DNA from: Octopus sinensis
Taxonomy: Eukaryota
NCBI RefSeq assembly: GCF_006345805.1
Contig: NW_021825394.1
Coordinates: forward strand, 1-16,000
Reading direction: 5' to 3'
Length of the DNA: 16,000 bases
Shown: piece by piece, positions 8,975 through 16,000 of the stretch
Numbering within the stretch: the stretch's first letter is position 1
How the letters are laid out: every line of letters starts with the position of its first letter
Notes under the pieces: generated by a model
Seen by the model: the letters and a program-made list of their open reading frames with translations, nothing else
Database searches by the model: none
Told to the model about the DNA's origin: nothing
Program-made: the position numbers and the translations under genes

Positions 8975-9094
8975 ACAGAATAAGTCTCGTATCAGGCTTT
9001 AAATAAATATGTGCTGGCGTCGATGTGTTTTGACTAAAAATCTCATCAAGGCAGTGCCCCAGCATGGCCACAATCTAATGACGTAAAAGGTATA
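8975..9094 (+). mobile_element. SINE 3' portion (family E), decayed
   Basis: gtgctggcgtcgat resembles the family B actggggtcgat motif; caaggcagtgccccagcatggcc recurs at 9812 and inverted at ~8330. Confidence 0.6.
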
Positions 9095-9303
9095 GGTTAC
9101 AATTATTGACTTCTTAATTGAAGCTAATTATCAGAAACGACTGGGATTTGAACCAACGACCTTGTAATATATAGGTTTCTCTCAAACATCCTGGAAAAGC
9201 AGCCAATTCTGCAGTTTATGCTTCAAATTCTCCAATAACCCCCAATAAAAGATATTTCTGTCGGATTTACACCAGAAACCTTTACAGGTATTCCAGGCAT
9301 TGA

Positions 9304-9494
9304 CATGGCTGTGTGGTAAAAAGCTTGCTTCTCAACCACATGATTTCGGGTTCAGACCCACAGCGTGGCACCTGGGGCAACCTGTCTTTTACGAGAGCCC
9401 CGAGCCGACCATTGCATTGTGAGCGGATTTGGTCGACAGAAACTCTGCAGAAACCCATCAATACACACACGTACACACACACACACACACATAT

Positions 9495-9496
<2 letters not shown>
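9304..9496 (+). mobile_element. tRNA-derived SINE (family K) with (CA)n tail
   Basis: A-box-like TGGCTGTGTGGT, B-box-like GGGTTCAGACCC; colinear with copies at 15217 and 15719. Confidence 0.85.
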
Positions 9497-9526
<30 letters not shown>

Positions 9527-9808
9527 AGACTCTCCCGTCGAAAATGGCGTGTGAGCGTACAGCTTTTACCGAACGACCAGCACAAAAGATTTGTTTATAG
9601 TGATCAAATGTTCGTGCCGCTCATTGGCGCACTCCCTCCATCAAATCGACAATGTCTGAACAGGTGTACTGTCTGTCACGCGTCAGGTGTCGAAGTAATC
9701 GAAGAGCAACTTGAGATGAAGATTTTTGCTTAAGAAGACAACGCACCACCCAGTCTAGGAATTGAAATTACAATCTTTAGATCGCGAGTGCAACTCCCTA
9801 ACCACTAA
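9497..9808 (-). mobile_element. tRNA-derived SINE (family D) with (ATC)10 tail
   Basis: Minus strand begins ttagtggttagggagttgcactcgcgatc...aatttcaattcctagactggg-tgcgttgtcttcttaagcaa (decayed A/B boxes + central motif) and ends in (GAT)10 at 9497-9526. Confidence 0.75.
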
Positions 9809-9811
9809 ACT

Positions 9812-9868
9812 CTTCAAGGCGGTACTCCAGTATGGTCGCATTCCAAAGAGTGGAACAATTAAGATATA
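9812..9868 (+). mobile_element. Family E SINE tail fragment
   Basis: cttcaaggcggtactccagtatggtcgca resembles 9047-9070. Confidence 0.5.
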
Positions 9869-9920
9869 ATGATTTTGAAAAAAAAAAATGATTAAATCGA
9901 TATTTCTGAAGAGGACGTTT

Positions 9921-10150
9921 GGAGGATATGTGGCGCAATGGTTAGGACATCGGAGGTAAAATGCTTTACAATATTTAGTTACAACTCCATGTGTTCTGAG
10001 CTCAAATCACGCTGCGATTAACTTTGCTTGTGATTGTTGCGGGGTGGGGGTGGATCAATAAAATAGGGAACTAGTGAAGTGTTGTAGATTGATTCAATCA
10101 ATTGTACCCTCAGCCTAAATTTGTGGCCTTGTAACAAAGATGGAAAATCG
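9921..10150 (+). mobile_element. Old, decayed tRNA-derived SINE related to family B
   Basis: A-box TGGCGCAATGG; gttctgagctcaaatcacgc matches family B gttctgagttcaaattccgc; actttgc also shared. Confidence 0.6.
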
Positions 10151-10710
10151 ATATCAAACGTATATTTGCTCTTTTCTAACAAAGCTTACGCTCATTGTTT
10201 GTCCCCTATATCAAACATAACTGCACCAACTTTATCTTCACCTATATGACTTTCGGTATTTAACCTACTTCAACTACATCCTGACTGCTTCCCATTTATA
10301 TCGATCGATGCACAGATCGATCAATACCCAAATAATAGCAAGGTTAGTTTGTTCTCTTGGCATCGTTTAAATTCATAAACTCCTATTTTGCACAAATAAT
10401 AGTGTCAGCGGTACTCTGCAAGCTATACAATATCTATATATAATAAAAATAAAAAAAACATAACAAAATATGAATGCCATAATGATAACAGTAACAGTTT
10501 GTGATCAATGCGGATAATAAAGACATTCCGACATCATATGAATGCAATAATGGTGACTCTGTAATGTACACAATACGGATAATAAAGATAGCGAAAGCCT
10601 GATGCTATACAAATAAGTTTATAAAAACATCAACCGTGGGTGAATGAATAAGGGAGCTTTTATTCATTCTATGACTGTTCTGCTAGAAATAGTAGCCAAA
10701 TCTCTGTCAG

Positions 10711-10915
10711 ATCGCGCTCAATTAACATTAACACTGCTGTGGAGACTCCGCGGCAACAGGGCGTCCCATCACTCGGGATATGCATGCGGGATGTCGTGGA
10801 CCGCTTGTGAATTCAGAATTCCCACGAAACTTCTATGGTTCGTGATGCCATCAGGACCAGAGAAGAAGCCGGCTCAACCCGCCCTGGGTTAACGCCGTCA
10901 CAAGCACAAGTAAGT
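10711..10915 (+). other. CpG-rich island with exon-like boundaries (hypothetical exon or regulatory element)
   Basis: 15 CpG in 10711-10900; tctctgtcAG at 10701-10710; CAA|GTAAGT donor-like site at 10910-10915. Confidence 0.3.
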
Positions 10916-11159
10916 ATATATGTATTGCAAGAAACAGCTAGGTTTCTTTCTCTAACATTTTACACAGCTCAACCTACACAAATTAATGTGTGTGAAACTA
11001 AACAGGATTTTTGAAAGCTGTTTCTATAAAACTAGCTTTTAAACATTGGATAGCTACGATGGTCCACCTGAGTAAAATATCCATCAAAGAGACCCATAGG
11101 TAAAAAATTGTTGAGAACCCTGAACTAAGGGAACATTTTGCGTTTCACTGTAGTAAGGA

Positions 11160-11390
11160 GTGGTTCCTGTTGGGAGACTTTCTGACTGTCAAAGCTCTGT
11201 ACAAGAGGCACAACATCTGGAGTCTTCATTCCATGTTGACTATATGAGGTCGGGTTTCGTGCAAAAAATACACATGAAGTTCAAAGTTATTTGAATCCTG
11301 TATACGTTGATCTTGGTGGCAACTCTGACAGAAATGCTTTTCAATCTGACGATCCGCTTCAGCAGAGCAGACGAAGCTAGGTTGATTGCT
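11160..11390 (-). mobile_element. Highly decayed RTE/BovB-like LINE fragment (post-RT region)
   Basis: Minus strand: LASSALLKRIVRLKSISVRVATKINVYR and PHIVNME*RLQMLCLLYRAL, reminiscent of RTE KASSAFGRL...TKI.VYR and GHVVRM..RL...LLYGEL; internal deletion needed. Confidence 0.4.
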
Positions 11391-11574
11391 GGTTTTAATC
11401 GCAAATGCTGAACTGTTGAGTTGCCTTCTTCTCCTTAAAGTGTGTTCGACATCTTTTAAATGTAATAAAAGATTAAAACAGATTAACTCTCTGTTAATCG
11501 TTCGCTACTCTATCGACTGGACACCGTCTGTCATTTTTTTGTACGTTATTAGATAACTATAGAGAGTTGAGCAT

Positions 11575-11910
<336 letters not shown>

Positions 11911-12042
11911 CGGTACAGAGGCCCAGAGAGACAGACAAGACATTGTCCATCGTTTTATTCTCAGTCACACAAAGATGGGGTGTTAGTGTGACATGTACGA
12001 ACAGACGTGACAAACTCCTTAAACTAAATCTACGTTGGTCCA

Positions 12043-12116
12043 CCCACAACCAGCTCCACGCCACCACCGCCCCCTCCCCACAACCAGCTCCACGCCCCCC
12101 CCCCCACTACCAGCAT
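12043..12116. repeat. C-rich short tandem repeat (20-bp unit x2 plus partial third)
   Basis: cccacaaccagctccacgcc at 12043-12062 and 12077-12096; cccactaccagc from 12103. Confidence 0.85.
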
Positions 12117-12283
12117 CAGCCCCGTAACCGCCATTTTAAGTGCACTTACTGTCTATGCTTACAGTAACGCTCACTCCATCTATAAAATGCAGTCAACCAA
12201 GAATCGAAGTTTACGGTTCATAGAAGCTGCAATGTTTCCGAAAGTATAGAGACACCGGAAATCCTTTATATTCGAAATAAAAC

Positions 12284-12372
12284 GCACATATTATATATAC
12301 ATATATACATACATATATATATATATATATACATACATATACATATATATATACATACACACACACATACAC

Positions 12373-12454
<82 letters not shown>

Positions 12455-12559
12455 GTAAATTTATTCATACTTACATATATGAATGTGTGTGTGTGTGTGT
12501 GTGTGTGAATAAGTTATTCAGTTATAACGAGAATTTTATGTAAACGTACATGTATATGA

Positions 12560-12590
<31 letters not shown>

Positions 12591-12592
12591 GT
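12284..12592. repeat. (TA)(CA)(TG) microsatellites
   Basis: Dinucleotide periodicity. Confidence 0.93.
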
Positions 12593-12825
12593 GTAGACTA
12601 GTCGATCCCCGCCCTATTTCAGGGTGCAACAAAAGCTATCTGTCGGTGTACTCAGCTACCTATAGACACTAGTAAGTTAGGTAGGTAAAGGTAGGTAGGT
12701 AGATAACGAACCAGTGATAACTGTGTTAGTGGAACACCATTTCTGACGTTAACATTTACCTCACGTCACTATTTTATCATATTTCTCGCGTTTTTGTTAC
12801 TGTTGTTGTTGTTGTTGTTGTTTTT

Positions 12826-13515
12826 TTAGCCCTAGGTCAATCCTGATCCAGTAGACCTGTGAATTACAGATGTTCCACATATGACCATCCAATCCTTTAT
12901 TCACACATCAAAAACGTTCCATATACGTTCCAGCTGTGATCATCCAATCTTTTAAGGAAACCTAGTTTATCTAGGACTACACTATCAAATGTATACTATA
13001 GTATTTCGTGTTACTGGCTACAGTGGTTATCCAAAAGGCGGCGAGCTGGCAGAAACGTTAGGACGCCGGGCGAAATGCTTAGCGGTATTTCGTCTGTCGT
13101 TACGTTCTGAGTTCAAATTCCGCCGAGGGCGACTTTGCCTTTCATCCTTTCGGGGTCGATAAATAAAGTACCAGTTACGCACTGGGGTCGATGTAATCGA
13201 CTTAATCCCTTTGTCTGTACTTGTTTGTCCCCTCCATGTTAAGCCTCTTATGGGTAGTAAAGAAATATATAGTGGTTATAGTTGATCTATGATTAAAGAT
13301 GTTCCAGGCATGACCATCCTGTTTTTTATATTCACATATCAAGCTTGTTCCACTTGTGATCAGCGAACCTTTTAAGTAAACCTAGTTTATCTAGGACTAC
13401 ATCATCAAATGTATAGTATAGTAGTTACCGTTGCTGGCTATAGTTGTTATTCAACGCAAGCTCAGACCTGATTCGGCCGACCTATGGCTGAATGTGTTTC
13501 ACTTATGACCACCCC
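12826..13515. repeat. Degenerate tandem array of ~185-195-bp units (2 full + 1 partial), interrupted by a SINE
   Basis: Unit starts at 12854, 13284, 13479; identical 24-mer aaacctagtttatctaggactaca at 12958-12981 and 13378-13401. Confidence 0.85.
13035..13267 (+). mobile_element. tRNA-derived SINE (family B), full length
   Basis: Head GGCGGCGAGCTGGCAG, B-box-like GAGTTCAAATTCC, ends gtagtaaagaaata; highly similar to the 14021 copy. Confidence 0.95.
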
Positions 13516-14020
13516 ACCGATTATACCATCGATCTTGAGCTGTATTATCTAATACATGATTTGGAAAAAGGTGGGTTGCGCCCCACATCCGACCATTGTG
13601 GGCTTCGGATCTTGTTTTAAAACATTAAAAAAAAATGTATTTAGAGGCCATTGAGTGGTTAAGGGCCTTTGCATGGTGTTTTGGGCCCTGACTTGTTGAA
13701 TTGTTGCAACGTTGGAAATAAGTTTGGCGGGGGTGTGGCGGGGTGAAACACGGGGATATTTTTTTTTCAAATATGGGATATAATAGAACAGAAATGTTGA
13801 TGATGATTAACAGGGAAAAAGAGAAAAAAACAGAAGTGAAGAATTACAAAAATAACCAAAAAAATCCCTGATTAAATGTATAATTAATATTGCTGGCTAT
13901 TGTTATTTAGTCCCAGACCTAATAAATGTTGGATTACATATGGGTCTTATTCAGACATAAGTTGTCTTGGACTACGCTGTCTAATGTATAGAATAATAGT
14001 TACTATTAGGGCCTACAGAG

Positions 14021-14250
14021 GGCGGCGAGCTGGCAGAATCGTTAGCACGCCGGGCGAAATGCTTAGCGGTATTTCGTCTGCCGTTACGTTCTGAGTTCAA
14101 ATTCCGCCGAGATCGACTTTGCCATTCATCCTTTCGGGGTCGATAAATTTTGTACCAGTTACGCACTGGGGTCGATGTAATCGACTTAATCCGTGTGTCT
14201 GTCCTTGTTTGTCCCCTCTGTGTTTAGCCCCTTGTGGGTAGTAAAGAGTA
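14021..14250 (+). mobile_element. tRNA-derived SINE (family B), full length
   Basis: Colinear with 13035-13267; no target-site duplication seen. Confidence 0.95.
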
Positions 14251-14715
14251 TCCCCCTCTCATTTATTCGACACACTTCAACACACATACACGCGTACGCA
14301 GATATATATACATACATAGATACGTATCTAAATATATAAATATTTAAGTAGTTGAATGAATTATCATAGTATGGATAATTCGGTTAACCGATACCCGGGT
14401 AGCAAATTCACGTCAGAAAACACGGTTGAAGCTACATGCCAAGGGCAGAGATCACGTGTTTTCGTGTGGGAATTTGTGTGTTTTTTTTAACTATAAATAA
14501 ATGAAAGATTATCACTATGAACTCCGTGTGGGCAGTCATCTAAAAGTTTTTGTTCGTCATGATGCTGACATAAGTTTCTTGTCTTTCCTGATGAGAAGGC
14601 GGCATAATGCACCCCTTATTCCTTCGGAATTAGGAATATGCAGTCTTCGAAACATGTCGAGAATAAAGGAATTTTGTTAAATCGTCGTTCGACTCCATTC
14701 TTTCATGTATCTCTA

Positions 14716-14752
14716 AATATATATATATATATTATATATATATTATATATAT

Positions 14753-14800
<48 letters not shown>

Positions 14801-14880
14801 TATATAATATATATAGATATTATAGAGAGAGAGAGAGAGAGAGAGAGAGATAGTAGATAGATAGATAGATAGATAGATAT
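14716..14880. repeat. (AT)(AG)(AGAT) compound microsatellite
   Basis: Direct periodicity. Confidence 0.95.
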
Positions 14881-15216
14881 TCTCATATACACACACATAT
14901 ATTGAGTAGGAGATATAGAGAATGTGAGAAGCATTAAACAGAGATAGGGATAAGTAGAAATCTAATTCATGAAACTGTACACATGTACTAAACCTTATCA
15001 TTTAAAGTAAAAACCACATTTTAGTTGCAGATCTTTCTCTGTCTAAATGGCTAGAAAAAGCTATTAATCTGGCTGGTTTCAGTCATTATTAAGACTGCAT
15101 CAGAATTCGTATACTCATGTCGCCAACTCTTACCTGTTATGGACCATTGATATTTTGATTCAAGTTTACATTGCTGTATAATATAAATATCTATTATAAT
15201 GTGGGGTGGTTGTGTC

Positions 15217-15387
15217 GGAGCTGGTTCGAGTGTGTGGTTAAGAGGTTCGCTTTTGCAACTATGTGGCTTCCTGTTCAGTCCTACTCCTCGGCACCTAGGG
15301 CAAGTGTCTTCTACTATGGCCACAGGGCGATAAGTGCCTAGTGTGTGAATTTAGAAGGCGCAAACTGTGAGGAGTGCCGCCATATAC

Positions 15388-15423
<36 letters not shown>

Positions 15424-15440
15424 ACACATGTATGTATGTC
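15217..15440 (+). mobile_element. Decayed family K SINE with (TA)(TG) tail
   Basis: tgtgtggttaagag...gttcagtcc...ggcacctagggcaagtgtcttctactat matches the other K copies. Confidence 0.75.
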
Positions 15441-15555
15441 ATTATTCAGTTTATTTCAAGATTTCTTGCCAATAGAAAAAAACTGGTTTCTAACCTAGAT
15501 CCAAGGTTTCTTCATCGGAATTTCATAATCAAGAACAGAGTATACTACAAAACAT

Positions 15556-15717
15556 GAATACATACATACAACATACATACATACATACATTACATACATA
15601 CATACAACATACATACATACATACATAATATATATATATATATATTATAATATATATTATATATATATATATATATATAGATATATATATATATAATATA
15701 TATACACATACATATAT
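15556..15717. repeat. (ACAT)(AT) microsatellite, probably tail of the minus-strand K SINE
   Basis: Direct periodicity adjacent to the SINE 3' end. Confidence 0.9.
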
Positions 15718-15718
15718 G

Positions 15719-15868
15719 CGACGGGCTTTTTTCAGTTTCCGTCTACCAAATCCACTTACAAGGCTTTGGTCGGCCCGAGGCTATAGCAGAAGACACTTGC
15801 CCAAGTTGCCACGCAGTGGGACAGAACCTGGAACCATGTAGTTCGTAAGCAAGCTACTTACCACGCAG
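15719..15868 (-). mobile_element. Family K SINE, 5' end clipped
   Basis: Minus strand: ctgcgtggtaagtagcttgct...ggttctgtcccactgcgtggcaacttgggcaagtgtcttctgctatagcctcgggccgacc...aagcccgtcg. Confidence 0.9.
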
Positions 15869-16000
15869 AACATCAAAATCAAATAATCATTGAGAATTTA
15901 ATTGATAGGATTCAAGTAAAATACTGTGGGAAAATGTAATTAAAAAAGTCATTTTAAAAAATGTAATAAGATATAACTAATGATTTATTAGGATCACTTA

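Noticed and set aside
9282-9733. ORFs 9282-9488, 9313-9498, 9352-9585, 9365-9733
   Set aside because: Lie entirely within SINEs and their (CA)/(GAT) tails.
11083-11286. Three further TCAAAG cores (11083, 11189, 11281)
   Set aside because: Spread over 200 bp, two inside a probable LINE remnant, no Helper site nearby; compatible with background.
11943-12167. 74-aa Pro/His-rich ORF ending in CTYC
   Set aside because: Composition comes from the C-rich mini-repeat; a single CxxC gives no domain support.
12043-13515. Spaced direct repeats as a CRISPR-like array
   Set aside because: Only 2-3 units, related rather than unique spacers, eukaryotic context, no cas genes.

Overview
AT-rich eukaryotic genomic DNA, very probably octopus. 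That assignment is an inference from the extreme microsatellite density and from tRNA-derived SINE families resembling ones I recall from Octopus genomes; no search was run. The only well-supported gene is the 5'-truncated last part of an Sp5/buttonhead-type C2H2 transcription factor (3..515, +): end of zinc finger 2, zinc finger 3, and a 122-aa tail with a strictly alternating Asp-(Val/Gly) repeat. The remaining ~15.5 kb is 3'UTR/intergenic: compound microsatellites, several tRNA-headed SINE families, decayed RTE-type LINE pieces and the 3' end of a HERO-like (restriction-like endonuclease) non-LTR element. Almost all other ORFs in the track are microsatellite or SINE artefacts. The most interesting leads are the Asp-x repeat and IDV motifs in the Sp5 tail, a candidate Wnt/TCF enhancer 1.6-2.2 kb downstream of the stop, GC-box/KLF clusters and a CpG-rich exon-like island at 10.7-13.7 kb, and a palindrome cluster at 14.4 kb. 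I see no evidence of a novel multi-gene system. The regulatory leads are motif-level hypotheses only.
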